Assembly (NCBI GenBank): GCA_040217195.1 | Contig: JAVJNR010000008.1 | Location: 256,001-320,000, forward strand | Reading direction: 5' to 3' | Source: Leptospiraceae bacterium | Lineage (GTDB): Bacteria; Spirochaetota; Leptospiria; Leptospirales; Leptonemataceae | Length of the DNA stretch: 64,000 nt | In this document: piece after piece, positions 11,017-20,447 of the stretch | Numbering within the stretch: position 1 is the stretch's first letter | Layout of the letters: each line of letters opens with the position of its first letter | Position numbers and translations under genes: made by a program | The notes under the pieces: generated by a model | The model's database searches: none | Told to the model about the DNA's origin: nothing | What the model saw: only the letters and a program-made list of their open reading frames with translations

Positions 11017-12395
11017 TGAAGCTGTACGGACAGAAACCGGATCTCTCATCGTCCATCTTGAATCCTCTGGTAGTGGATTGGCTAATGGCCATGTATCCAC
11101 CGGCCCAGAAGATGGACCTGAGTGCCAGTCCGTCCCCTTACTTTCCCGGAATTGATTTAATCAGTGGAATGGATGAGGAGCATTCGGTGGGTGGCCTCAA
11201 GCCTTATGAGCTGTATACCGGAACCATTCGCATGGGCTATGGACATCATCGCATGGCTTTTTCCGTATATAGCCAGTCTGTTGAAAGAGGTATTTCCACA
11301 GCGCTCCACGATCCCCTGGTTCTAGAATGCAATGAATCTACATGTATCGAAAGACTGGATTCACTCTACAGTCAATTCTCAAGACTGGCCACAGACATAG
11401 GCGGTCCTGTGGAGTGGATGTGGGGAAAAGCGATGACCGGCGGCGGAATTGGAGCTCTTCATTTTTCCATGCTGCTGGCGGCGCGATTGATTTCTCTCTT
11501 TTCTGGAATGGATCGTCAAACTCCTATCATAACTACATATCCATTAAATGCACATATTGCCGCCACTCTTGGATTTGAGCGAATCATACATCTTGTGAAC
11601 GATACTCTACCGCAATACTTTCTATTGTGTCCCGGTGCACTGAATCTAGTGCAAACACGCCATATGCGAGATGCCTATCTGGAGATGGGAGTTGAAGAAT
11701 CGGAAGTGGACTTTGCAGGACACTGGGTTTCTGAACCAGTACTTTCCACTCTTGAAAATGCTACCTCCGATCGATTGCGTCGATTGCAGAGTCAGGAAAG
11801 GCTGAGATTGCTTATCCCCGTGGGCGGAGCAGGTGCTCAAAAGAAATTTCTGCGAAATTGGATCCAGGGGATTTTCGACCAGGAAGAGCTACGCAACAGC
11901 TATGTGCCAATCATTAACTGCGGAGATCATCAGGAATTCAAAGACACTGTGCTTTCTATCCTGAACAAGAAAGAGATTCGCTACAAGGTCTGTAATACCC
12001 TTGCAGAAGTACAGAACCTTCCAGCTATCCTGGAAGATTTTGATGCGGTGGTGTTTCATTTTGAGAGCCGCTACGAAGCAGTATATGCCACAGACTATGC
12101 AATTGTTTACTCGGATATCCTGGCCACCAAGCCTTCGGAGCTGGCTTTCTATCCCATACCCAGACTCTTCCTTCGTCGAGTGGGAGATCATGAAGGATTT
12201 TCAGCTGATTATGGTTACAAGCTCGGTGAATCTACACCTGAAAGAAGGTCCGAAAAAGAAGCACTTCAGGATTTGCTGGACTGGAAAAAGGATCCAGGGC
12301 CTCTGAAGGCCATGAATGAAACCATCGCATCCAATCATGAACTGAAACTTTACAATGGTAGCACCCTGGCAATTGAGCGAGCCCTGGAAGAATAG
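11016..12395 (+). CDS. Hypothetical protein, probable GT-B glycosyltransferase-like fold
   Basis: MGYGHHR near the N-terminus, GGAGAQ and LATKPSELAFYP resemble MGDG-synthase/MurG-like motifs. The GTG start overlaps the secA stop. Confidence 0.5.
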   Translation: MKLYGQKPDLSSSILNPLVVDWLMAMYPPAQKMDLSASPSPYFPGIDLISGMDEEHSVGGLKPYELYTGTIRMGYGHHRMAFSVYSQSVERGISTALHDPLVLECNESTCIERLDSLYSQFSRLATDIGGPVEWMWGKAMTGGGIGALHFSMLLAARLISLFSGMDRQTPIITTYPLNAHIAATLGFERIIHLVNDTLPQYFLLCPGALNLVQTRHMRDAYLEMGVEESEVDFAGHWVSEPVLSTLENATSDRLRRLQSQERLRLLIPVGGAGAQKKFLRNWIQGIFDQEELRNSYVPIINCGDHQEFKDTVLSILNKKEIRYKVCNTLAEVQNLPAILEDFDAVVFHFESRYEAVYATDYAIVYSDILATKPSELAFYPIPRLFLRRVGDHEGFSADYGYKLGESTPERRSEKEALQDLLDWKKDPGPLKAMNETIASNHELKLYNGSTLAIERALEE

Positions 12396-12617
12396 CTCTG
12401 GATTGGCTTCCGGTCTACCATTTACTGCTCATAGCTTTCCGCCACGGGACCCGATGACTTATTTGCCCCAATCGGTGAGGAGGGAGGCTGCCAGATCCAT
12501 TGGATTCTTTTAGAAGCAGCAGTATGAGCCCTGAGCTAACTTAGGAAAAAACCAGTCTCGGCCCGGACTCCGGAGCCCGTTAGGCCAGCCGATTTAGCAT
12601 TCCTTATCCCGACTATC

Positions 12618-13214
12618 TCAATTCAATGATGGATCTTGATTGGAGTCTGCAAAGATTCTATATATTCCGCCTTTCGCCCGGAGTGCATCGCGCCAGCCCT
12701 GTTCCGGATTGGGATGAAAAACGATACCAGGCCTGCCTTTCAATGTTACCCAGGTGCCAGACCGCATTTCCTCTTCCAGTTGTCCGGGAGCCCATCCAGA
12801 GTAGCCCAGAAAGGTATGGATGGTTGGTCTATCCTCCGGAGGTATGGATTCCCATATTTCAGGTTCAAAGAACTTCTGAAGCTGCCGGAATCCAGGTTCA
12901 AAGAATACGCCAGGAACAATCTCCATAGCAGTGGGGGAAGGTCCGTCCGGCAGGCTGGAATGTAGTGCGGAAACCATCTCCTGTTGTACCGGTCCACCAA
13001 CGTACACCGGCCTTTGACTCCCCAGATCGTTTGCCAGCTCGGGAATGATATCGGCCACAGTCAGCTCGGATTGTCGGTTCACTACAAGTCCAAAAGCACC
13101 TTCATCGTTGTGCTCTACCATGAAAACTACGGTCTGTCTGAAATTCGGATCCATCATATTGGACTCGGAAATCAAAAAATGACCTTTCATGGACTTTGGT
13201 TGTTCGTTCTCCAT
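12618..13214 (-). CDS. YqgE/AlgH (UPF0301) family protein
   Basis: DPNFRQTVV...HNDEGAFGLVVNR, GGPV and GYSGWAPGQLEEE. Confidence 0.92.
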   Translation of the reverse strand: MENEQPKSMKGHFLISESNMMDPNFRQTVVFMVEHNDEGAFGLVVNRQSELTVADIIPELANDLGSQRPVYVGGPVQQEMVSALHSSLPDGPSPTAMEIVPGVFFEPGFRQLQKFFEPEIWESIPPEDRPTIHTFLGYSGWAPGQLEEEMRSGTWVTLKGRPGIVFHPNPEQGWRDALRAKGGIYRIFADSNQDPSLN

Positions 13215-13322
13215 TGATCCTTCCCGGGCTCCAATCTGGCTCTTTCCATTGCTGCAATGCACACCGATACAATAACTCTGATCAGCAATAGTCTGTTGTC
13301 TTCATACAGCTTTTCTATGTAA

Positions 13323-14897
13323 TCAAACTGCAGAACGAATGGGGGATTCGAATAATTCCACATCCGGTTTTTCCCGCTTAAAGCTCTGCATTCTGAATTC
13401 ACTTTTGAACAGTACTACAGGATTGCTTTTTTCATCGTACACTACAAGATCGTATCCACTGAACTTATTCTTATCCTCTGGCTTGATCCATCTGGAGCAT
13501 TCATATCCAACGTTTTCCAGGCGGCAGGCCACGCCATATTCATCCTGCATTCTGTGGCGAATCACCTCAAACTGTAGCTGACCGACGGCCCCTATTATGG
13601 CACTACCATCGCCTGTGGTAAAGACCTGGACCACTCCTTCTTCCGGAAGTTCCTGCAGTCCTTTGCGAAATTGCTTTAGTTTGGACGTATCCTCGGGGAC
13701 CAGTCTAGCGAATAACTCGGGAGCAAACCTGGGCAATGGATGAAAGTTGGGTTCTTCACCTGAATAGAGTACATCGCCCAGTTTATATAGCCCGGGGTTG
13801 ATCAGTCCGATGATATCTCCTGGATAGGCATGATCAATGGTAGAGCGTTCCTGGCCGAAGAATGCCACCGGACTGGAAAGTCTTGCTGTTTTTTTCTGAC
13901 CTGAGATATTGACGGTCATACCTCTCTCAAAAGTTCCGGAAGTGATGCGAACGAATGCCACACGATCCCGGTGAGCCCGATTCATATTTGCCTGAAGTTT
14001 AAAAACGAAAGCAGAGAAATTGGGATCATTCGGTTTCAGTACATCTCCGCCTTCCAGTGGTACGTCCGCTGGACGGGGTGCAATCTCCAGGAAGCGTTGA
14101 AGAAATAATTCCACTCCAAAGTTATTCAAAGCGGATCCAAAAAATACCGGGGTCATGTTACCTTTGAGAAACTCGGATTCATCGAACTGCGGTAATGCTC
14201 CGGAGGAGAGCTCCACACCTTCTCGAAAGGTATTGTATAGCTCATCGTCCATCATTGCTTTCAGTTCCGGGTCATCCAGGCCTCCCGTGGCTGTGGGAGC
14301 TGGATAGGCACCGCCGGTGGTTTTTTCGTATCGGAATACCTGTTTGGAGCGTAAATCATAAACTCCTTTGAAGTCCGGTCCGGAGCCGATGGGCCAGAAC
14401 AGAGGCACAGCGGTAATACCCAGCACTTTCTCCACCTCATCCAGTAAGGAGAATGGATCCCGGGCAAAGTGATCCATCTTGTTGATAAAGGTAACTATAG
14501 GAATGTTGCGCTGACGGCAAACATGAAATAATTTGATGGTCTGAGGCTCCACGCCCCGGGCTCCGTCTAGAAGCATAATGGCACTATCCACGGCCATCAA
14601 GGTGCGGTAGGTGTCTTCCGAGAAATCTTCATGGCCCGGTGTATCCAGAAGGTTGAGGATGTGATCCTCGTATAGAAATTGAAGGGCCGCTGTAGAAACC
14701 GAGATACCCCGTTCCTGCTCCATAGTCATCCAATCAGACTTGGTTTTTTTACGGTCCTTCTTGGCGCGAACATGGCCTGCCAGCTGGATTGCACCACCGT
14801 ACAGAAGTAATTTTTCTGTCAGAGTTGTCTTACCAGCATCCGGATGAGCGATAATTGCGAAGGCCCGTCTTCTCTCTATTTCCTTTTGAAGATCCAC
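13323..14897 (-). CDS. prfC: Peptide chain release factor 3
   Basis: IIAHPDAGKTTLTEKLLL, SDWM..EQERGIS, DTPGHEDF and GAVGQLQFEV. Confidence 0.97.
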   Translation of the reverse strand: MDLQKEIERRRAFAIIAHPDAGKTTLTEKLLLYGGAIQLAGHVRAKKDRKKTKSDWMTMEQERGISVSTAALQFLYEDHILNLLDTPGHEDFSEDTYRTLMAVDSAIMLLDGARGVEPQTIKLFHVCRQRNIPIVTFINKMDHFARDPFSLLDEVEKVLGITAVPLFWPIGSGPDFKGVYDLRSKQVFRYEKTTGGAYPAPTATGGLDDPELKAMMDDELYNTFREGVELSSGALPQFDESEFLKGNMTPVFFGSALNNFGVELFLQRFLEIAPRPADVPLEGGDVLKPNDPNFSAFVFKLQANMNRAHRDRVAFVRITSGTFERGMTVNISGQKKTARLSSPVAFFGQERSTIDHAYPGDIIGLINPGLYKLGDVLYSGEEPNFHPLPRFAPELFARLVPEDTSKLKQFRKGLQELPEEGVVQVFTTGDGSAIIGAVGQLQFEVIRHRMQDEYGVACRLENVGYECSRWIKPEDKNKFSGYDLVVYDEKSNPVVLFKSEFRMQSFKREKPDVELFESPIRSAV

Positions 14898-14922
14898 CGG
14901 GTCAGGTTTCCCGGCTCACAGT

Positions 14923-15672
14923 ATGAATCAAATGAATTCCGGGGCGAATCCCCTGGACGAATCCCGAAAACATCCGATATTGACTATTATGAAGGAATGG
15001 CGGCCGGATCGGCAATTCAAGAAGGCAGACTTCCCTTTGAAGAGGGATGCAGAAGATGAAAAGAACCTAAAGAAGGACCCAAAAAATAGAACCAACAGTA
15101 ACCAGACCGGAACTGCAAAACAGAATCCATCTATACCCGGTGAGGCAAAACAGTCTCCGGACCGAAAAAGCACTTCATCGGCCAGCAATGCTTCTGGAAG
15201 TCTAAAAGGATGGGCCGTACCAAAGCTGGGTGGGGGGCATGTAATCGCCGGAGGGCAGGGCCCCCAGAATGCCTCCAGGACCGGGACCGACAAGGAATCC
15301 GAAACATCCGCGAATCCTGGCTCAGCCCCTCCAGCGACGGGAAGCACTTCCGGCACCGAGAAGGATATGACCAGAGTTTATCTTTCGCAATTGATAATAC
15401 AGGATCCCCGGGGCGCTTCTGATATATTGCGAAGCTGGTACTGGGAAAAGCCAGGTCGGGAGAGTCCGGTTCAATACATTCCACCCAGGAATCGAATTCA
15501 TTTAATCTTACGTTCCCTTTCCCGGGAGTCCTTACTGGCTCTCTATGAATTGATGACTCCTGTAGAGCGCAGACAGATGGAAGAGATTCGCAAAGAGCCC
15601 ATGCATGTAAATGAGCGAGAGATACTGAAGTTACGGCAATATTTTATGGCCAGGCTCACAGGTCAGATTTAG
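14923..15672 (+). CDS. Hypothetical protein: disordered N-terminus plus a FliF-C-terminus/FliG-N-terminus-like helical domain
   Basis: Low-complexity N-terminal ~150 aa. The C-terminal DPRGASDILRSW...IHLILRSLSRESLLALYELMTPVERRQM resembles the FliF tail followed by FliG N helices. Confidence 0.45.
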   Translation: MNQMNSGANPLDESRKHPILTIMKEWRPDRQFKKADFPLKRDAEDEKNLKKDPKNRTNSNQTGTAKQNPSIPGEAKQSPDRKSTSSASNASGSLKGWAVPKLGGGHVIAGGQGPQNASRTGTDKESETSANPGSAPPATGSTSGTEKDMTRVYLSQLIIQDPRGASDILRSWYWEKPGRESPVQYIPPRNRIHLILRSLSRESLLALYELMTPVERRQMEEIRKEPMHVNEREILKLRQYFMARLTGQI

Positions 15673-15777
15673 TCTGTATGCACCGATTCTAAAACAGTCT
15701 TATTTAATCGGAGCGCCAGCATCGATTTTCGATGGGGGCTGTTAGCCTGGCAGGGAATCACCAGCCCCAGAGGATTT

Positions 15778-16878
15778 CTATTGGGGTTCAAGCTGAACAT
15801 AGAGAGCCTCGCCCAGATCTTTAAGATCCTGGATACGCAGCTCCGATTTATTCTCCAGATTAGACATTACCGGAAGAGTATAGACGCTTTTGAAATCCCG
15901 GTTCATAGCAATACTTTTCTGAATCTGCTCTTGCTTTTCAATCATGCTAATTACAAACTGTTTTAGAAGCTGTTCTTCCGAAGTGGACGCTACCACGGAT
16001 TCAAGATTCGATTTCTGCGTAAGCATGGCATAGGATAGAGCACGATTTAGCAGCAGAGCATCCGGCTGAATATTTTCCTGGGCCATCAATCTGGAAAGCT
16101 CCCTGGACACACTGATGGCATCATCACGCAGTGCAGCCACGGTGTAGATTTCCGTTTCCGGGTCCGAAAGCCAGGATCTTGCCTGCTGTAGCCGACCCAC
16201 CATTCTGAAGAACACTTTATCCAGCAGTAGAAGCATCTCACCAAGAGACAATATTAGATTTTCGCCGCCTACCTTACCCAGGGCCTGTAAGATTCCCCTG
16301 GCTCCGCCGCGAATCATCTTCTGGAACCAGTTCGCATTATCGCCACTGCCAGCGAACCATTGAAGCCATTCCAGAATCTTGCTATCCAGAAATGCAAGCA
16401 GACGTTCCGGACGAATGACAAAATCAACTGCATGAATTCCAGGCGCAGTATCAATTATCAAGTAGTCCGTGTCCGGGTATTGTTCCAGCCACTCGGCCAT
16501 TCGAACGGGCGCCAGAGTCTCTGTGGCTGAGGCTATTTTTTCTGTGACAGTGCGAAACAGAGGATGTGCAAACAATCTTTCCTCATGATCTTCACCCAGA
16601 CCTTCGGCACGAATCCACCGTCTCAGACTGCTGGAGAGCTCCAGCATGCAGCCACGAAGATGACCGCCACTACTGGACTCATGGATGATGCTTCCTTCTT
16701 CCGTAATACCACTTCCGCCGAATGCGGACTGAAGACGCCTGGCCGGGTCAATACTGATCAGCCCCACTTTTAGACCCTGTTCGGACAGATAGGCAGCATA
16801 GGATGCACTGAGCGTGGTCTTTCCCACACCACCGGCCCCCAGAAACACTACCAGCCTTGGCTTTGAGGTCTGCACCAT
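15778..16878 (-). CDS. ArsA/Get3-family ATPase, second subunit
   Basis: GAGGVGKTT P-loop, IDPARRL and IIDTAPG. Confidence 0.88.
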   Translation of the reverse strand: MVQTSKPRLVVFLGAGGVGKTTLSASYAAYLSEQGLKVGLISIDPARRLQSAFGGSGITEEGSIIHESSSGGHLRGCMLELSSSLRRWIRAEGLGEDHEERLFAHPLFRTVTEKIASATETLAPVRMAEWLEQYPDTDYLIIDTAPGIHAVDFVIRPERLLAFLDSKILEWLQWFAGSGDNANWFQKMIRGGARGILQALGKVGGENLILSLGEMLLLLDKVFFRMVGRLQQARSWLSDPETEIYTVAALRDDAISVSRELSRLMAQENIQPDALLLNRALSYAMLTQKSNLESVVASTSEEQLLKQFVISMIEKQEQIQKSIAMNRDFKSVYTLPVMSNLENKSELRIQDLKDLGEALYVQLEPQ

Positions 16879-16879
16879 T

Positions 16880-17854
16880 TTACTTCTTGGCCTCCATCCG
16901 ATTGGTTATAAGCGAGGCGAAGGCAGGAGTATTGGATACCTGACGTATAATCAAGGCCGGTTCCAGGGATGGATTTTCAATCATCAAATCAGGAACAGAC
17001 ACCAGAGGTACCTGGCTTTCCTGTTCCAATCGTCGCTCCATATCAAATCTACGACGCAGATCGGATTGCAAAGCACGAAGCTCCGACTTCAAATCTTCGG
17101 ATTGAACCGCAGGATACAGAAAATCCGGAGAACCTGGCTGAGTCACATCTGCATCCGGCAGACGCGCACTTCGATTTACAATCAATGCCACTGGCATATG
17201 ACCTGGTTCCTTTTCATAACGAGGTAAAGCTTCCAGGGTTTCTTCCACCGGAAGTTCCTCCGGCAAGGACACAGTGACGATGGCAGTTTTCTGTGCATCG
17301 GACAACAGAGCACTAACTCGCCTGGTTTCATCTACCAGGGGACCGGTAATCTCAAAAGCGCTGATGGTCTTGGCAATTCCAAATAGCGCAGAGCCGTGTC
17401 CGGTGGCCGGAGCATCCACAATAATGCGATCAAATTTCAGGTTGGCCTCTTCTTCCGCCAATTCGCAAAGCCAGAACAGTCTACCAACAAAGAATAGCTC
17501 TTCCAGTCCAGGGGCGGACTGCAACAGTTTCTGCACCTGGTTGTTCTGAAGCACCAGGTTATACAGAAGCTTCATATTCAGATGATCCACGAAATATTCC
17601 TTCATGGCTTCCGAGGGATCGAAGTTCATTACGCTAAGGTTTTTCTGGATCTCAACATGTTTATGGCCGCAGGGCTCACGATTCCAGAAAGGGGAAATAA
17701 AGTCCCGAAAGGACCATTGAACAATTAGAGTGTTCTCGCCGGCCTCGGCGAATCCCAGTCCCAGGGCTGATGCAACGGTGGTACGACCCACGCCACCCTT
17801 TCCAGTGATAAAGATAAGTTTCTGTGTGATTGAGTGGGGCTCCTTCAAACTCAA
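16880..17854 (-). CDS. ArsA/Get3-family ATPase, first subunit
   Basis: GKGGVGRTT deviant P-loop, APGLEEL, IVDAPATGHG and LPEELPVEET. Confidence 0.88.
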   Translation of the reverse strand: MSLKEPHSITQKLIFITGKGGVGRTTVASALGLGFAEAGENTLIVQWSFRDFISPFWNREPCGHKHVEIQKNLSVMNFDPSEAMKEYFVDHLNMKLLYNLVLQNNQVQKLLQSAPGLEELFFVGRLFWLCELAEEEANLKFDRIIVDAPATGHGSALFGIAKTISAFEITGPLVDETRRVSALLSDAQKTAIVTVSLPEELPVEETLEALPRYEKEPGHMPVALIVNRSARLPDADVTQPGSPDFLYPAVQSEDLKSELRALQSDLRRRFDMERRLEQESQVPLVSVPDLMIENPSLEPALIIRQVSNTPAFASLITNRMEAKK

Positions 17855-20193
17855 ACGCCTGCCTCCGGTCGATTTCGAATCGTAGACTCTATTTTCTTGA
17901 GAAAGTCCATTTGTTCCCTGGTCTCGATAGCCCTTTGTGATCGGGCCAGTCTCACAGTTTCTACAGCCTCCTGCAGGTCCAGGCCCTTTTGCATCAAATA
18001 GGCAGCTACAACCAGACCGGATCGACCCAGACCGCCAACGCAGTGAATAAGCACTGGATGATCCTTCCCTCTCTGATCTTCCAGCCAGGCAAGTGCATCC
18101 AGCAGGCCTTCTGCTGACGGTGCATGTTGGTCCAGAATCGGAAATGCCAGGGAGTCCAGGCCCGCCTCTTTATAAGCGCTCATCAGGTGGGTAACGCCAT
18201 AGTACTCAAGTTCATCCGGAGTAACCAGACACATTACACCTTTGACATTTTCGTTCCGGATCGTCTCCAGGTCCTTTTTAAGATCCCGCAATCGATCCTT
18301 TCGTCCTGGAAGAATTGTAAGATAGACTGGCGGGCCTTCAGCTATGGTCACAGGATCCAGACGGAGTCTTTGCGCATTTTCAATAGAGTCTACAATCCGT
18401 TGTGTTAGAAGACCACTTGAATACAGAGCCCATTTTTTCTGCCAGGTGTTGCACTCATCAAAAGAAAGCGTATGCACTGCATATCTCAAGAAAGCCACAT
18501 GAAACTGATAGGGATCCCGATCCGAGCCAATTAAGTTCCGATAATGCTTTCGCAAAAGACAAATGGTTTTCCAGGCCTTTTTGAACTGAGGTCGCTTAAA
18601 TCGATGAGCCAGTTCCGGGTCCGGGGCCATGCCCAGATCCGGATGATTAATCTGCATATCTGCAAGTTCCAGGGCTTCCTTCAGATCCTCTTCAGATTCC
18701 ACCGGGGTCATTATGAAAAGCAGATCGTTTTCCAGTTTAATCAAATCCCGCAGAATATGTCCTCTATGGGTGTGAAAGAAATCTATGAGCCAGACATTAT
18801 CTCGACTGTCTAGAATGATGTTTCTTCCGTTTAGATCTCCGTGTAGAAAGGACTGGGCTCTGGAACCAGGATTTTCTCTTAGATGATTCAAGTCCTGCTC
18901 ATAGAATGTGGCAGGATTCTTTACCGTCTTGCCGGCTATGGTTACTGTATCGCCGGTTGCCTCCGGTTCTATGGCGAGTACCCGATTGCGCACTCCGGTA
19001 GCATATCGGGCAGAAAAATCATAGTATTCCAGTAGATTCAGCGTTTCCGGTTCGCCCGCTGCATACAGTCGACCCAGCTGCTTTTCAAAGATTGTATCCA
19101 GAACTTCTTCGAGCAATGCAGGTGGCTCCGCAGGAGATTCGGATTCCGCGGTGAAAAAATCCTGAAAGGTTCGCACATTTCCTTCCAGCATAGAGGCGTA
19201 GCGATAGAGAATGGCCCCCCGGTCTTCCAGTTCGCAAGAATCTACTATGGCCGGCGCACTGTTTCCCAGAACTTCCTGGATTCTCTCAAAGCTGGCCCGC
19301 TCTCTGGCTATCATATCCCGTGGACCGATTTTGGCCACCAGAGGTACCTGACTGTGGCCCATATGATCTGTGGCTCTTGCACCCAGCACCAGGTTGCCGG
19401 AGTAACCGCCATCCAGTACGGCCAGTTCCACTTCCTTGCTGTTTCGAAATAGATAGAGAAGTAATCTCTTATCTGTATCCGTGGCATTCGCCTGGCCCTT
19501 CCAGTGTAATCTGGATCCGTCGATTCTTGCATTTTCGCTTCGGATCAGATCTGGCGTTTTACCGGTGAGAAACTCTGCAAAGGAAGCCGGAGATGAAATT
19601 ACCTGAAGGCCCAGAATATTTCTGATTTGATCCAGAGCATAGAAATGCATGGAGCGAGAGGAGCTTGCGCAGAGCGCACTACATACAGCGATTTGAAACT
19701 GCGGATATCGAGTGGCCAGTTCATAGGCCAGGAAGTAGACCTTGGCTTCGGTCCAGACTCCCATTAGGCCCACTCGAACGTTTTCCTGGCCAAGATTATC
19801 CAGCACTGAAGCAATAGAAGTATCCTCGAAATCGTTCAGGCCAGTGGCATTTAGGATGTGATGTGGGCGATCATTCCTCATCCGGTCCTGGAAAACGAAT
19901 TCGGCCCCCGGAGTATTCTGAACACAATGACTTCCAAACTGATTTAGATGTATGGCCTGGGCCGGATCCTCTGGATCATGCCAGTCTCGAATATGAATGA
20001 TTTCCAGGGACTGCTGCGGTATCTGATAGGCCCAGTCAATCATCAGTCTCACCGGATCATCTTCCAGCTGGCCCAGAAGCAATCGCCGGGATTCCTCATA
20101 TCCAACGTGTAATTGATTGGGCAATGGATCGAAGCGGTCCAGGGGCTGAACAAAATCATTCTGCAGGCATTGAGTAATTAGCACACCTTTCAT
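17851..20193 (-). CDS. Fusion protein: isochorismatase/nicotinamidase-like + APH-like kinase + dual-specificity (CX5R) phosphatase
   Basis: QCLQNDF, RDWH and HCVQNTPGA (isochorismatase fold); HGDLNGRNI...WLIDF (kinase); HCVGGLGRSG (phosphatase). Confidence 0.82.
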   Translation of the reverse strand: MKGVLITQCLQNDFVQPLDRFDPLPNQLHVGYEESRRLLLGQLEDDPVRLMIDWAYQIPQQSLEIIHIRDWHDPEDPAQAIHLNQFGSHCVQNTPGAEFVFQDRMRNDRPHHILNATGLNDFEDTSIASVLDNLGQENVRVGLMGVWTEAKVYFLAYELATRYPQFQIAVCSALCASSSRSMHFYALDQIRNILGLQVISSPASFAEFLTGKTPDLIRSENARIDGSRLHWKGQANATDTDKRLLLYLFRNSKEVELAVLDGGYSGNLVLGARATDHMGHSQVPLVAKIGPRDMIARERASFERIQEVLGNSAPAIVDSCELEDRGAILYRYASMLEGNVRTFQDFFTAESESPAEPPALLEEVLDTIFEKQLGRLYAAGEPETLNLLEYYDFSARYATGVRNRVLAIEPEATGDTVTIAGKTVKNPATFYEQDLNHLRENPGSRAQSFLHGDLNGRNIILDSRDNVWLIDFFHTHRGHILRDLIKLENDLLFIMTPVESEEDLKEALELADMQINHPDLGMAPDPELAHRFKRPQFKKAWKTICLLRKHYRNLIGSDRDPYQFHVAFLRYAVHTLSFDECNTWQKKWALYSSGLLTQRIVDSIENAQRLRLDPVTIAEGPPVYLTILPGRKDRLRDLKKDLETIRNENVKGVMCLVTPDELEYYGVTHLMSAYKEAGLDSLAFPILDQHAPSAEGLLDALAWLEDQRGKDHPVLIHCVGGLGRSGLVVAAYLMQKGLDLQEAVETVRLARSQRAIETREQMDFLKKIESTIRNRPEAGV

Positions 20194-20447
20194 GAAACTA
20201 CCTCAATTCAATCATAGATCTCTAACGGAGCCTGGCTTTCAGAGTAAACATCCCGGGAACCCGTATGAACTGTTGCTTCTCGTATCTCTAGACACGGCAA
20301 TAGCCCGGGTACCGGGTATTTAATCGCTCCAGCCCGAGCATCCTGTATTACAGCGCTCTAACAAACGTTAGCCAGTTCAGCCCCTGGATTGCCAACCCAG
20401 TCAGCCTTATATCCGGTCTCATTTCTCGCCTTCGAGGAATCGGAACT

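Noticed and set aside
12396..12617. Longer intergenic gaps (also 20194-20447, 45358-45529, 61660-61849) as ncRNA or repeat elements
   Set aside because: No known RNA motif, shared repeat or convincing extended structure was recognisable by eye.
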